Assembly (NCBI GenBank): GCA_963422365.1
Contig: OY729426.1
Coordinates: 512,001 to 576,000, forward strand
Reading direction: 5' to 3'
Length of the DNA: 64,000 bases
From: Nitrospirales bacterium
Lineage (GTDB): Bacteria > Nitrospirota > Nitrospiria > Nitrospirales > UBA8639
The position numbers and the translations under genes are program-made. Below, piece after piece: positions 51,697 to 63,049 of this stretch. A model generated the notes under the pieces. That model was not told the origin of the DNA. It made no database searches and saw nothing but the letters and a program-made list of their open reading frames with translations. Positions within the stretch are counted from its first letter, which is position 1, and the number at the start of each line of letters is the position of its first letter.

Positions 51697-52089
51697 TTAT
51701 TCCATTAACGGTGAGCCATGATGATGGATAATCTTCCAGCCTTCATCCATCCGCTCATACAGATTGGTCGCAACGACTCGACTCTCTTGGGTCGTATCCG
51801 CATGCCGACTCGTAATATTCTCCGTACAAATCACCCATGCCAGGTCACCGGCGACTTGAACCTGTAACTCCGTGAGTGAAAAGCCCATGGAAAAAATATT
51901 ATTAAAAATCACGACCCATGAATCTCGAACCATCGGCCAGCCGACCCGCATACTCCAGCCTGGATGGATGCACGTCACATATTCCTGATGTGCCCAAATC
52001 TTATCCATTTTTCCAATATCCAAACTTTCAAAGGCACCATAAAATTCCTCGTTGGCTAATGTCACTTCCTCGATTCGCTCTTTCAGCAT
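51697..52089 (-). CDS. NTF2/SnoaL-like domain protein
   Basis: ANEEFY.AFE..D, CIHPGW, ATN.YE, WKIIHHHGSP. Confidence 0.88.
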   Translation of the reverse strand: MLKERIEEVTLANEEFYGAFESLDIGKMDKIWAHQEYVTCIHPGWSMRVGWPMVRDSWVVIFNNIFSMGFSLTELQVQVAGDLAWVICTENITSRHADTTQESRVVATNLYERMDEGWKIIHHHGSPLME

Positions 52090-52208
52090 TCAGCTTTACC
52101 TTTCTCCACTATTCAACGCGTTACGCACCGACAGCCAGTCGATTTTTGTCGTGAAACGATCATCCCATTTGAACAAATTTTGAGCAACCCTCTTCCAGAA
52201 AAGCCTCC

Positions 52209-53120
52209 TCATGAGGTGTTTGAAGATCGGTTGACTAACCAGACCCCGCCTAAAACGAATCCAATGCCCAGCACTTTGATCAGATCGAAGGATTCCCCGA
52301 GAATGACAAAAGACAAGACAAGCGCAGACACGGGAATCAAATTGGTAAACACCCCCGCACGAGAAGGGCCAATACCGGACACTCCGTAGAGCCAGGCTTG
52401 CTGACCGAGTGCGGTGGCAAAGACAATGACATACACCAACGCCACCCAACCAGAGGAAGGAATACTCCCGATGCCTGCCGCTAACACTTGAGGATCTATC
52501 CACAGCAACGGAACTTGAAAGACGATTGAGATGAAGAGCGTCGTCCAATTCACCGTCAACGGCGACAGCCCCTCCATCATCCAACGGCTCCCGATGGTGT
52601 AGAAGGCCCAGCTTATCAGAGCCAGAACAACCAAACTGCCGCCTAGAATAGGGTTCGCTCCGCCATCCGCCGTCGCCTGTCCACCTGAGACTAACGCCAC
52701 CCCAATAAATGACACCGCACACCCAACCCAGACTTGGCGAAACGGGATATCTCGCAGCATCAATGAGGAAAGAAAGGCTATCATGGCTGGGCTAGCCCCG
52801 ATCATCACGCCAGCTGCCCCAGCCCCGATGTACTGAAGTCCATACAAAATCAGAAGGTGATTCCCCAGAACGGCGAGCCCCAAGGCCGTGAGCACCCCGA
52901 GATCCCGCACAGTCAAACGAGTCGTGGACTGGCCTTGCCACCACCACAACGGCACAAGAATCCCCAACGCGCCGATTCCTCGAAACACCGACACTTCCAC
53001 CGCAGAGAAGGCACCCAAGGCCACTTTTTGTGCCACGATTGACCCGCCCCACACCACCGAGGCGGTGATTAATGCAGCATAAGCCGCTGATTCTTTGGAC
53101 TGACTCAACGCTCGCCTCAC
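52209..53120 (-). CDS. DMT/EamA-family transporter
   Basis: About ten TM helices in two EamA repeats. Confidence 0.9.
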   Translation of the reverse strand: MRRALSQSKESAAYAALITASVVWGGSIVAQKVALGAFSAVEVSVFRGIGALGILVPLWWWQGQSTTRLTVRDLGVLTALGLAVLGNHLLILYGLQYIGAGAAGVMIGASPAMIAFLSSLMLRDIPFRQVWVGCAVSFIGVALVSGGQATADGGANPILGGSLVVLALISWAFYTIGSRWMMEGLSPLTVNWTTLFISIVFQVPLLWIDPQVLAAGIGSIPSSGWVALVYVIVFATALGQQAWLYGVSGIGPSRAGVFTNLIPVSALVLSFVILGESFDLIKVLGIGFVLGGVWLVNRSSNTS

Positions 53121-53213
53121 GAATACGTTTCTCTGTATAATACGTCTTAGCCCATTCCACCGCCGGAGAATTCACGCAGAGAAATTTTCCTGCTGTCTTC
53201 CTATGAATCAGAC

Positions 53214-53990
53214 ATGCGTCACGATCGTTCCCTGACCCCATCCTCCTCCCCATTTTCTTTCTTTGCGAACATTCCTGAGGGCGAGCCCCTGCTTTCGGCG
53301 GGCCATACCCACGTGTGGCGCGCGATTGTAGACGTACCCCTCGCACGCCTTCAAGTGTATCAAGACTCCCTGAGTCCCGACGAACAGGAACGCGCGCAGC
53401 GTTTTAACATACCTCAACACCGACGACGCTTTATGGCGGCACGGGGGATCCTGCGACACATTCTTGCTCGCTACCTCAAGACACCTCCTAAGAACATCCG
53501 TTTTGAATTGGGTCCCTTTGGAAAACCGTTTCTGCAAGACCCCGTGAGTCAAACTCTTCATTTTAATGTCGCTCATTCGCAACAGTTGGCTGTGTATGCG
53601 GTTTCCCATGATGTTGAAGTCGGCATTGATCTTGAGGGGGACAGGGATCCCTTGGATTACATGAGGCTTGCCGAACGCATTTGTAGCCCTGAAGAATTCA
53701 TGGTTTTTCAGAAGCTCTCGCAGACCAAACAAAAGGCCGCATTCTTCCGTTGCTGGACCAGAAAAGAGGCATTTGTCAAAGCAGTGGGAAAAGGACTCGC
53801 GTTTCCCCTGAGACATCTGACGGTTTCCTTTGCCCCAGACCACCCTCCTCGAATCCTCAGCGTTCTGGGACAATCCCCTGATGGTTGGTCCCTTTTCAAT
53901 CTCCCTGTTGGAAAAGAGTTCTGGGGAGCATTGGCGGTCACAGGACAGCCAGGCCTTGTCCAAGGCTGGGACTATGACCTTGAAGATTGA
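53214..53990 (+). CDS. Sfp-type 4'-phosphopantetheinyl transferase
   Basis: GKP, FNVAHS, VGIDLE, FFRCWTRKEAFVKAVGKG. Confidence 0.92.
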   Translation: MRHDRSLTPSSSPFSFFANIPEGEPLLSAGHTHVWRAIVDVPLARLQVYQDSLSPDEQERAQRFNIPQHRRRFMAARGILRHILARYLKTPPKNIRFELGPFGKPFLQDPVSQTLHFNVAHSQQLAVYAVSHDVEVGIDLEGDRDPLDYMRLAERICSPEEFMVFQKLSQTKQKAAFFRCWTRKEAFVKAVGKGLAFPLRHLTVSFAPDHPPRILSVLGQSPDGWSLFNLPVGKEFWGALAVTGQPGLVQGWDYDLED

Positions 53991-54108
53991 CGGGCTGTTG
54001 GAAAAACCTGCCCTGGGGAAATCGAACAAAACGGAGGCGAAGGATCTACTCGTATCAGGAGAAAAGCATACAGTCCAAATGGCTTAGGGCTCTAGGCCTT
54101 CTGTCCCG

Positions 54109-54137
54109 TTGACTCAACATTTGCGGCTGCATAGAAT
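54109..54137 (+). promoter_or_regulatory. Sigma70 promoter of the ferredoxin gene
   Basis: TTGACT-N17-TAGAAT. Confidence 0.6.
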
Positions 54138-54200
54138 ATACAATGTCTTACATTGATTGTATTCCCCCCAGACTCTTGCTTGCTCGATAAAGGAGGCTTT

Positions 54201-54548
54201 ATGTCGTTATTGATAACTGAAGAATGTATTAATTGTGGAGCCTGTTTACCGGAATGCCCGAATGAGGCCATCTTCGAAACTCGGAGTGCCGCAGAAGAAA
54301 AAGGGTATGCGGTGGGCGAAGGACAAGGCGAAGGGGATACGGTGTATGTGATTACTCATGAACGCTGTACCGAATGCGTCGGGCATTTTGATGAACCCCA
54401 ATGTGCGGCTGTCTGCCCGGTCGACGACTGTTGCATCTCCGACCCGGAAGTCCCTGAACACACCGAGGTCTTACTCAACAAAGCGAGAACCTTGAACCCT
54501 GACAAAGAAATCGACCCTGAAAAAGTGTGGAGTGGCGTACGAAACTAG
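54201..54548 (+). CDS. YfhL-family 2[4Fe-4S] ferredoxin
   Basis: CINCGACLPECPNEAI and CTECVGHFDEPQCAAVCPVDDC; AAAGGAGG RBS. Confidence 0.93.
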   Translation: MSLLITEECINCGACLPECPNEAIFETRSAAEEKGYAVGEGQGEGDTVYVITHERCTECVGHFDEPQCAAVCPVDDCCISDPEVPEHTEVLLNKARTLNPDKEIDPEKVWSGVRN

Positions 54549-54571
54549 ATTAGTCTCACACGCGAGACAAC

Positions 54572-54620
54572 AAAACCACGAAGCCCCATTTTCGTATGAA
54601 GATGGGGCTTCGTGGTTTCT
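54572..54620. terminator. Bidirectional terminator-like hairpin between ferredoxin and smc
   Basis: AAACCACGAAGCCCCAT...ATGGGGCTTCGTGGTTT long perfect stem between convergent genes. Confidence 0.8.
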
Positions 54621-54653
54621 CACTCTGGGCAAAAATCGCTTGCCCCCTCGCCA

Positions 54654-57600
54654 TTACACTTTCTCGAAATCCGCGATTCGCACGGAAACAAATTTTGAGA
54701 CACCAGGCTCCTCCATGGTCACCCCAAACAGGGAATCGGCGACTTCCATCGTGCGTTTATTGTGCGTGATCACAAGAAACTGCGAAAGCGGGGCTAACTG
54801 AGGCAGGAATCGAGCAAACCGAACCACGTTTGGTTCATCCAAGGGGGCATCGACCTCATCTAAAATACAAAACGGCGACGGCTTCGTCAGAAAACTGGCA
54901 AACAGCAGGGCCAACACGGTCAGGGTTTTTTCTCCGCCGGATAACATCGTCAAGTTTTTGAGACGTTTTCCAGGAGGCTGCGCGATGATATCGACGCCGG
55001 GCTCCATCCCTATCTCTTCCTCTTGTTCTTCCGGATCCGGCTGGACTAACACCAACTCCGCCTGTCCGCCGGCAAAAAAGGCCGAAAAGACTCCTCCAAA
55101 TTTTTCCTGGAGCGCCTCAAATGTCTGCTGAAACATTTGATTGGTCGTCCGATTGAGGCGTCCGATGATTTCTTGAAGCGAGTGTATCGATTCCGACAAA
55201 TCCTCCTCCTGTTTGTTGAGAAACTGATACCGCTGCTCTAATGCTCGATGCTCGTCAATCGCGGCTAGATTCAATGCCCCCATGCGATCGATCCTAGTCC
55301 GAATGGTCTGCAGCCTTTCCCTCCAAGCCTCAGGCTCTTCGCCTTCGGCCCCAGGGTCTTGGGAAGCCTCAGACTTCAGCCTGCCTTCGCCACGTTCGTC
55401 GATGGATTCCCCATAGGTGCCGGTCAAGGTTTCCTCAACGGTTTGCATTCGCGTCCGGATTTCAGCAAGCTGAACGTCTGATTCTCGCCGCGTTTCCCTG
55501 GCCGAGGAAAAATGGTTTCGATTCTCATTCAGACCGTGTTCATATTCCCGAGTCTGTTCAAGGCCGTTGGCATGTCGCTCCTCGACGGCACGAAGCTGAC
55601 CCTGCAAGATCGTCTTCTTTGCATCCAATTCCCGAAACCCTGCATCCGCTCGCTGATGTTCTTCCTGGCTCTGCCTGATTTGAGTCTGAAGACACTCAAT
55701 TTGCTCAGCAAGACTCTGGAGCCGTGCTCGTCGGCCGCGATCCTCCTCTTGTAATCGGTCTAAATCCGCCCGCGATCGATCATGCCGTTCTCGATACGTG
55801 GTTAAGGTTAACCGCGTCTCCGTCAATCGGTCATAGAGAACTCGTGTGGCTTCTTCTACTGCTTGAAGTTGCGTGGTCAGCGCCTCAAGCCGTTGTGTTT
55901 CTTTGCCCTGCTGTTGCGTGATCTCTCCAAGTCGCGTTTGAGCCAGGCCTTCCTGTTTTCGAACCCGAGCGAGTTCCACCTGACACGAATCAAGTTCTGC
56001 TTGATTCGCATTCAACTGTTTCTCTAAATCTTGCAGGCGACTCGCACTGGTGGACATTTCTTGCTCAACCACGCGTTGCCTCATGTCAGATTCTTTAAGG
56101 GCAGCTTCAAGGGTCTCAAGTTGTTGCTTATTCGTCTCGAACCGTTCCTGCATCGTCTGACGTTGACGGTCAGACTCGGCAATGCGTTGGTCCATTGAGG
56201 ACAATTCCTGTTCTAACGAATGAACTTCACGCCGTCGTTGAAGCAGCCCGCTTGCCTCACCAGAGGAACCACCGGTCACGATGCCTCGGGGATCAATCAC
56301 CTCTCCGGTTCGTGTCACCAACAGCAAGAACCCAAGATCGGCTTGAGAGACGCGTTGGATCGCCGACAAACCGTCTTTGAGAGTCTCCACCAGCACCACC
56401 CGTCCCAAAAGACAATGCAACACCCTCTTCAGATCTTCAGGGATGGTAATCAGGTCGACCGCCAGGCCCAAGACCCCTTTTGCCTTCTGCAGGGTAGGCC
56501 ACGACTCAAGGCTCGGCTCGGCAGAGGAGACAGGAGGCTGCGCAATCACAAAGGTTCCACGACCCCAACCATGTTCCGTAACAAACTCAAGCGCTTGCAG
56601 AATATCATCAACCCCATGCACAACCCAAGCGCGAAGATGCTCTCCTAATGCTGCCTCGATTGCGACTTCATACTCTTGGGGAACCTTCAAGCGTTCAGCC
56701 AACACTTCCTGGACCCCCTGACAAACCTGTCGTAAGGAGGGTTCGTTCCCTTCTTGGCCTTGCCGATACCCCAACTCTTCCTGAAGCACGGCTTGAAGGG
56801 CTCGAAGCCGCGATTCGGCTGCCGCACGTGCGGTTCGTTCCTGAATCCGTTGTTGATCGACCTCCTGAATGCGTTCTTCGAGTTCCAACGTAGCGGCTGA
56901 CAGCGTTTCGTGATTTTCACGATCGACTGCCATGTGTTGGGTGACGCGTTGCATACGAATGTTTTGCTCGGCCAATGTCGCCTCGACGTTTGATCGTTCC
57001 TGCCGACAATGGACTTGATCATCTTGAACATCTTGGCTGCGCCTCAGCAGTTCTTGTTGCTTGACATCGAGGTTTGTCCGCTGAGATTCGGTTTGCGAAC
57101 GCTCGACGGCGAGGTCGAACAGTCCTTGTCTGCTTTGCTCGGTCTGGGTCTGTAAAGCAGTCCGACGCTCACCTCGCTGATGCGCTTCCCTCTCCAGTTC
57201 CGTCAATTGTCCGGTCACGTGAGCCCTGTCTCCTTCAGAGCGTTGAACCTGAGCCTGAAGGCCCTCGATGCTCGTTGTGGCTTGCTCGGAAACCGTGACG
57301 AGACGAGTCTGTTCTTCCAACACTTGCGTGCGTTGCTGGTCAAACAAGCCGGCGCGATTCCGTTCAACTTCCATGGTCGTGAGCGCTTGCCCGATTCCAT
57401 GTTCCAATTGTCGAAGCTCGTCTTGCATGTGTCCGACGAGTTCTCCATCACGTAAAAGCGTCGACTTGGCTCCCTCATACGAAGCCATCAGGCGTGCTTC
57501 TTCGGCCATGAGCTCAGCCTCGCGCAGCGCCAACAGAACGAGGTGGGATTCAATTTTCGTCCGCTGCTGATGCAGGCTTTGAAAATCGTTTTTCAGGAGC

Positions 57601-58310
57601 CGAATTTCGAGGGTACGAAATTCTTCCTTCAGTTTCCGATAGTGCTCGGCCTGTTGCGCTTGTCGTGTTAAGGTCCGCCGTTGTTTTTGCACTTCAGCAA
57701 TAATATCTCGCACTCGGGTCAAGTTTTGCTGCGTGATTTTGAGTTTCTGCAGCGCTTCCGTCTTTTGTTTCTTAAAGCGACCGATTCCCGCCGCTTCCTC
57801 TATAAAAGTACGGCGGTCTTGGGGAGACCCGGAAAGGATTTGATCGATATTGCCCTGTTCGATCACCGTATGCCCCTTGGTGCCGGCCCTCGCTTCTAAA
57901 AAGAGGTTGCGAATATCTTTAAGCCGGCAAGGGATTTTATTGATGGAATATTCGCTTTCTCCATCACGATATAACCGACGAGTGATCATTAACTCTTTGT
58001 TCCCCGGCAATTCCTCCACCACACCGGCTACAGACTCGAGACCTTGACTCGTCACATCGCTGACGACCAGCGAGACTTCCGCCATGCCTAATGGCTTACG
58101 GGATTCCGTCCCATTAAAGATGACGTCTTCCATGCGTTCACTACGCAGCGCTTTGGTACTTTGCTCACCCAATACCCATAAAATGGCATCCACGATATTA
58201 CTTTTCCCTACCCCGTTAGGCCCCACCACCGCCGTAATGCCTTGGGGAAAATCAAGTCGAGCTTCAGGAAAGGATTTGAATCCGGAAACCAGGAGGGCTT
58301 TTAATTTCAC
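54654..58310 (-). CDS. smc: Chromosome segregation protein SMC
   Basis: GFKSF, GPNGVGKSN, coiled coils, hinge, LSGGEK, LDEVDAPLD. Confidence 0.97.
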   Translation of the reverse strand: MKLKALLVSGFKSFPEARLDFPQGITAVVGPNGVGKSNIVDAILWVLGEQSTKALRSERMEDVIFNGTESRKPLGMAEVSLVVSDVTSQGLESVAGVVEELPGNKELMITRRLYRDGESEYSINKIPCRLKDIRNLFLEARAGTKGHTVIEQGNIDQILSGSPQDRRTFIEEAAGIGRFKKQKTEALQKLKITQQNLTRVRDIIAEVQKQRRTLTRQAQQAEHYRKLKEEFRTLEIRLLKNDFQSLHQQRTKIESHLVLLALREAELMAEEARLMASYEGAKSTLLRDGELVGHMQDELRQLEHGIGQALTTMEVERNRAGLFDQQRTQVLEEQTRLVTVSEQATTSIEGLQAQVQRSEGDRAHVTGQLTELEREAHQRGERRTALQTQTEQSRQGLFDLAVERSQTESQRTNLDVKQQELLRRSQDVQDDQVHCRQERSNVEATLAEQNIRMQRVTQHMAVDRENHETLSAATLELEERIQEVDQQRIQERTARAAAESRLRALQAVLQEELGYRQGQEGNEPSLRQVCQGVQEVLAERLKVPQEYEVAIEAALGEHLRAWVVHGVDDILQALEFVTEHGWGRGTFVIAQPPVSSAEPSLESWPTLQKAKGVLGLAVDLITIPEDLKRVLHCLLGRVVLVETLKDGLSAIQRVSQADLGFLLLVTRTGEVIDPRGIVTGGSSGEASGLLQRRREVHSLEQELSSMDQRIAESDRQRQTMQERFETNKQQLETLEAALKESDMRQRVVEQEMSTSASRLQDLEKQLNANQAELDSCQVELARVRKQEGLAQTRLGEITQQQGKETQRLEALTTQLQAVEEATRVLYDRLTETRLTLTTYRERHDRSRADLDRLQEEDRGRRARLQSLAEQIECLQTQIRQSQEEHQRADAGFRELDAKKTILQGQLRAVEERHANGLEQTREYEHGLNENRNHFSSARETRRESDVQLAEIRTRMQTVEETLTGTYGESIDERGEGRLKSEASQDPGAEGEEPEAWRERLQTIRTRIDRMGALNLAAIDEHRALEQRYQFLNKQEEDLSESIHSLQEIIGRLNRTTNQMFQQTFEALQEKFGGVFSAFFAGGQAELVLVQPDPEEQEEEIGMEPGVDIIAQPPGKRLKNLTMLSGGEKTLTVLALLFASFLTKPSPFCILDEVDAPLDEPNVVRFARFLPQLAPLSQFLVITHNKRTMEVADSLFGVTMEEPGVSKFVSVRIADFEKV

Positions 58311-58479
58311 AGGAAACTCTCAGCGGGATGAAGGTGATGGAACAACACGGACTCGTGTTGAAACTGTACCACAGAAGACAAAAAAATAAAACTTTTATAC
58401 TAAATAGTGTAGAGTGATTGGAACGGTCCCATACATCTTGTGGGTCTTCCGTAGAGACGGAAAACGGCTGGAATCGAGA

Positions 58480-59445
58480 CTAGACGACAGCCTTAGTCTT
58501 TTGGTTTCGCTTTTGGCCAGGCATGACCAATTCTTTGGGAAGCAGAAATTCGACATCTTCCGCGATGACGGTCAGTTCTTCGACCTCTGTGGCCCCAACT
58601 CCTTTGAGGTACGACACCACTTCAGTAACGAGAATTTCCGGCGCAGAGGCTCCAGCCGTGATACCGATGGCTTCCACCCCCTTGAGCCACTCATGCCGGA
58701 TGTCTTGATAGGAATCAATGAGATAGGCGGGGATCGAACATCGTTCGGCCAATTCACGAAGCCTATTGGAGTTTGAACTATTGGGAGATCCAATGACCAA
58801 GATCAAATCGACAAATTTGGCCAACTCTTTCACGGCATTTTGCCGATTTTGCGTGGCATAACAAATATCTTCTTGATGCGGACCTTTGATGCCCGGAAAT
58901 CGCCGATTGAGCGCTTCGACAATTTCACGGCATTCATCCACACTTAACGTCGTTTGTGTGACATAGGACAAATGGGCGGTATTTTCAACCTCAAGTTTTG
59001 TGACATCTTCGACGGAAGACACTAAATGAAATTTATCCGGAATTTGTCCCAGTGTTCCAACAACCTCAGGATGGCCGGAATGGCCGATGAGAATGAGCTC
59101 GTAGTTATTGGTGTAATCGCGATTGACTTCATTGTGGACTTTGATCACCAAGGGACACGTCGCATCGATGACTTTCAAATGGCGGCGGCGCGCCTCTTCC
59201 CACACCTGTTGGGCCACCCCATGGGCGCTGAAAATCACCAACGCGCCATCCGGCACTTCATCCAGTTCCTCTACAAACACCGCGCCTCGTTCACGAAGAG
59301 AATTGACGACGTGCCGGCTGTGCACGATTTCATGTCGCACGTAAATCGGAGCGCCATACCGTTTCAGCGACCATTCTACGATCTCAATGGCCCTATCAAC
59401 GCCGGCACAAAAGCCCCGTGGATTGGCGAGATAGATCTTTTTCAC
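58480..59445 (-). CDS. ispH: 4-hydroxy-3-methylbut-2-enyl diphosphate reductase
   Basis: [44 protein letters not shown]. Confidence 0.97.
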   Translation of the reverse strand: MKKIYLANPRGFCAGVDRAIEIVEWSLKRYGAPIYVRHEIVHSRHVVNSLRERGAVFVEELDEVPDGALVIFSAHGVAQQVWEEARRRHLKVIDATCPLVIKVHNEVNRDYTNNYELILIGHSGHPEVVGTLGQIPDKFHLVSSVEDVTKLEVENTAHLSYVTQTTLSVDECREIVEALNRRFPGIKGPHQEDICYATQNRQNAVKELAKFVDLILVIGSPNSSNSNRLRELAERCSIPAYLIDSYQDIRHEWLKGVEAIGITAGASAPEILVTEVVSYLKGVGATEVEELTVIAEDVEFLLPKELVMPGQKRNQKTKAVV

Positions 59446-59597
59446 TCTGACCCCCTCAGAGTCTATCGGAAATCGGGCTAGTGAAGGACTCATGTCACAT
59501 CCCCTGCTCCAACAAGCAGGATTGTGAAAGCTGATTGACATTATGGCATGAATTGAGGATTCGTCAACTAGGCAATGGACCGGCCCGTACAGACGCA

Positions 59598-60617
59598 TTA
59601 CCATTGAATTAAGGCCGTGCCCCACGTGAATCCTCCACCAAACGCTCCAAGAAGAATGAGATCGCCTTCACCAAATTTCCCCTGCCGGCGAGCCCAATCC
59701 AAGGCCATCGGCAAAGAGGCCGACGAGGTGTTCCCAACTTGGTCAAGGATAGAGACCATTTGGTCGGGGCGTACCCCCAACCGTTTCGCAATGGTGTGGA
59801 GCATGCGGCCATTGGCTTGATGCGTAATCATTTGCTTCACTTCAGGCAAGGTCGTTCGGGTCTCACGAAGGATCGCTTCAATAGCCTCTGTTAACCGTTT
59901 GACTGCCACGCGATAGACCGCCCCCCCCTGCAATCGAATACTGTGTTCATGACCTCGAATCGTTTCCTGACTCGTGGGGCGTCTCGATCCTCCCGCCGGA
60001 ATCGTAATCAGATCGTGATAGGCTCCCTCTGAATATAATCGAATATCAATAATCCCAGGGACCTTTGGGTTCGCAGCCGGATTGGTACTCGATACGTCTT
60101 CTCGGGTCACCACCGCTGCCCCAGCTCCATCTCCAAAGAGTATTCCACTCGCAGGCTCGGAACGATGGAGAGATCGAGATTTGACTTCAGCGGCAACCAC
60201 CAAACAGTTTCGAAACTGTCCTGACCGGATAAAGGCATTGGCCATGGATAAGCCGTACAGAAAGCCACTGCAAGACGCCGCAAGATCAAAAGCCGCAACT
60301 CGGCGCATTTCTAGCCGTTTCTGAAGAGCACAGGCTGTCGACGGAAACGGGGTATCCGGGGAAGTGGTCGACACCAAGATGGCATCCATTGCTTCACTCG
60401 AAAGGCCCGAGGATTCCAAGGCCTGCCGGGCCGCACGCTCAGCCAATTGCGAACAGGTTTCGTTGGCGTGGCTCCAATGCCGGGCCTGTATCCCAGTGAG
60501 CCGAAAGACATGTTGACCATGGAGCGCAAATTCCGTTGCAATCTCCTCATTGGTCACTTGGCGTTCCGGAACGTACGAACCGGTTCCACAGATTCGACTG
60601 GTATAGTAATGAGCCAT
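59598..60617 (-). CDS. fabH: 3-oxoacyl-ACP synthase III
   Basis: [35 protein letters not shown]. Confidence 0.93.
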   Translation of the reverse strand: MAHYYTSRICGTGSYVPERQVTNEEIATEFALHGQHVFRLTGIQARHWSHANETCSQLAERAARQALESSGLSSEAMDAILVSTTSPDTPFPSTACALQKRLEMRRVAAFDLAASCSGFLYGLSMANAFIRSGQFRNCLVVAAEVKSRSLHRSEPASGILFGDGAGAAVVTREDVSSTNPAANPKVPGIIDIRLYSEGAYHDLITIPAGGSRRPTSQETIRGHEHSIRLQGGAVYRVAVKRLTEAIEAILRETRTTLPEVKQMITHQANGRMLHTIAKRLGVRPDQMVSILDQVGNTSSASLPMALDWARRQGKFGEGDLILLGAFGGGFTWGTALIQW

Positions 60618-60749
60618 TGACTGTTACCTGTTTGGGTTAGATCACAGAGAGCAGGCTCCCCTGCTCATCAAGCCACAAATCTTGTCTTCATGGTCAGAAC
60701 TTTGCTATGGTTCATCCCTAGATTTACCTTTCTAAGTATTTCAACTCAT

Positions 60750-61727
60750 ATGCTTACGCACGTGTTTCGCCATCCAATCACGATATTCATCATATCCATT
60801 ACCGGGTTCCTCACCCTAGGCTGTTCACTGTTCTCAGATAAAGAGTCGCCTTCTCCTACGGCCGGTGCCGAGAGAACCGATGCTCAGATTTTTGTTGGGG
60901 ACACCATCGAAATGAACTATGACCCCAATGTCATCATGAAACGAGCGGAATCGTTCCATGAAAAAGAGGGCTACGCGGAAGCAATCGTTGAATATCAACA
61001 TTTTTTGGACCTGCATCGCAATCACGTCCTTGCTCCGTACGCGCAATACCGATTGGCCCTCAGCCATTTTAAGATGATTCGAACGATTGACCGGGACGTG
61101 ACTCCCGTCAAAAAGGCTCGCGAAGAATTTTTGGAACTCATGACCGTCTTTCAGGGGAGTCAATACGAAGCAGAGGCACGGGTCAAAGTTAAAGAATGTG
61201 AACGCCACCTCGCCCAAAACCATTTGTTGGTAGGAACGTTCTATTATCGAAAAGAACAGTACTTGGCTGCGGCAAAACGATTCGAGAAAACGATTGACAG
61301 CTACCCCGACATGGAGGAGGCCATCCAGGCCAAACTGCAGTTGGCAAAATCGTACAAGAAGTTAGGTGCGCTGGAATGGGCACGCGATTGGGCCGTGGCC
61401 TTGGTCCAACAACATCCCCAACATACCTTACGGGACGCTGGGCTCAAGTTTCTTGCGGCGCTTCAAGACGAAAACCCCGACCTCGTCGTGGCCCAACCTC
61501 GTGATTTCTCAAACCAAAATGTGCTGACGCCCAGTTTCTTCCCCACAACGAACAACACCGCACCTCATGGGACCATCCACCCTTCGCTGGTCTCGCAAGC
61601 CCCTTCAACGGGGACCGATTGTCAACTTGGATCTTGGTGCGGAGAAACAGGAACATTTCCTTCCAGTCCCCTTCCTCCAAATCCTTCCGCATCTGTGACG
61701 TGTCGTCCCGGGACTTGGTGCGAATAA
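60750..61727 (+). CDS. bamD: Outer-membrane assembly lipoprotein BamD with C-terminal extension
   Basis: Lipobox LGC, APYAQY, IDRD.T, FYYRKEQYLAAAKRF TPR motifs. Confidence 0.88.
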   Translation: MLTHVFRHPITIFIISITGFLTLGCSLFSDKESPSPTAGAERTDAQIFVGDTIEMNYDPNVIMKRAESFHEKEGYAEAIVEYQHFLDLHRNHVLAPYAQYRLALSHFKMIRTIDRDVTPVKKAREEFLELMTVFQGSQYEAEARVKVKECERHLAQNHLLVGTFYYRKEQYLAAAKRFEKTIDSYPDMEEAIQAKLQLAKSYKKLGALEWARDWAVALVQQHPQHTLRDAGLKFLAALQDENPDLVVAQPRDFSNQNVLTPSFFPTTNNTAPHGTIHPSLVSQAPSTGTDCQLGSWCGETGTFPSSPLPPNPSASVTCRPGTWCE

Positions 61728-61740
61728 CAACAACAGCGCG

Positions 61741-62490
61741 CTACTGCCCAATATACCACCCAATTCCATTACGTTCGAGAAAACTGGTGAAGCGTGCCAA
61801 GGAATCGACATAAATCATCACACCGACCAAGATCAAGCAGACGCCACTGGCCAGAGAAACTCCGTGAAGGTAGAGCCGAGCCTTTTGAAAATAGTTGAGA
61901 AACCGATCAACGCTGAAGGCGGTTAACAAAAACGGCAGCCCTAACCCTAAGGAATAAGAAGCCAGGAGCATAATTCCTAACTGCATGGATTCCGTGGTAC
62001 TGGCATAGGCCAGAATCGCGCCAAGAATAGGCCCGACGCAGGGCGTCCACGCGGCGGCGAAGGCCGTCCCAATAAGGAACGATCCGACATACCCAACCGG
62101 CCGACTCCTAAAAGAGAAGAGTCGACGTTCGGTCATCACCACATTCCACTTTATCAACCCCAACAAGTAAAGTCCGAAGACAATAATCAACACGGCTCCG
62201 ATTTTTCGAATGATATCCTGATATTCATACAGCACCTGCCCCACAAAACTTGCGGAGGCCCCGAATGCAATGAACACGGAAGAAAACCCTGCCACAAATA
62301 AGAGTGAATTCAGGATAATCGCTTTGCGAAAGTGCTGCCGCTCGGACGCATCCACCAACTGCTCCAAGGAGAGCCCCGTAATATAGGAGACATAGGAAGG
62401 AACCAACGGTAAAACGCACGGCGAGATGAAGGACAAGAAGCCTGCGCTGAAGGCCGCAAACAGGGAGACATGACTCATAGCGTTGATCAT
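61741..62490 (-). CDS. ccdA: Cytochrome c biogenesis protein CcdA
   Basis: AGFLSFISPCVLPLVP and WTPCVGPIL. Confidence 0.93.
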   Translation of the reverse strand: MINAMSHVSLFAAFSAGFLSFISPCVLPLVPSYVSYITGLSLEQLVDASERQHFRKAIILNSLLFVAGFSSVFIAFGASASFVGQVLYEYQDIIRKIGAVLIIVFGLYLLGLIKWNVVMTERRLFSFRSRPVGYVGSFLIGTAFAAAWTPCVGPILGAILAYASTTESMQLGIMLLASYSLGLGLPFLLTAFSVDRFLNYFQKARLYLHGVSLASGVCLILVGVMIYVDSLARFTSFLERNGIGWYIGQ

Positions 62491-62494
62491 CGCG

Positions 62495-63049
62495 TTACGA
62501 ATCCTGGAGAAGGCTTTGAATCAACTCACGAGCCTCAGGACTATTCCAGTCCCGCGCCCCAAACACTCGATGAGTCAACGTGCCGTTTCGATCGATTAAA
62601 AAGCTCATGGGGAGCGTTCGTACTCCATAATTCCCACTCACTCGGTAGTCCGAATCATGTAAGATCGGAAAGGTCAAGCCTTTGGATGTCACAAACGGTC
62701 GAGTCACGAGACTCCCTTGCGGGTCGGAAGAGATCGCGAGAATGGCAAATCCTTCGTTCTTGAGATCCTGATACAAGATGTCCATACTCGGCATTTCGAC
62801 ACGGCACGGGCCACACCACGTAGCCCAAAAGTTCAGGAGAACGACCTTGCCGTGATAGGCTGGAAGCGTGTGCCATGTTCCCTGTAAGTCAATGAGTTGA
62901 AAATCGGGAGCCAGGGACCCGATTTCCGGTCTGGACCGGAGGACAACGGTATTTCCAGAGGGTGCGTCTTGACTCCCATCTGAATACCCTGAATCACAGG
63001 TTCCTCCCAACAGAACAACCAGTGCCAGAGCTAACCTGTAGCGGCGCAT
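62495..63049 (-). CDS. TlpA/ResA-family thiol-disulfide reductase (lipoprotein)
   Basis: APDF.L, NFWATWCGPCRVEMP; adjacent to ccdA. Confidence 0.92.
   Translation of the reverse strand: MRRYRLALALVVLLGGTCDSGYSDGSQDAPSGNTVVLRSRPEIGSLAPDFQLIDLQGTWHTLPAYHGKVVLLNFWATWCGPCRVEMPSMDILYQDLKNEGFAILAISSDPQGSLVTRPFVTSKGLTFPILHDSDYRVSGNYGVRTLPMSFLIDRNGTLTHRVFGARDWNSPEARELIQSLLQDS

Noticed and set aside
53214..60617. Sfp-type PPTase plus fabH as a secondary-metabolite cluster
   Set aside because: No carrier protein, PKS or NRPS in the window; the genes are separated by smc and ispH
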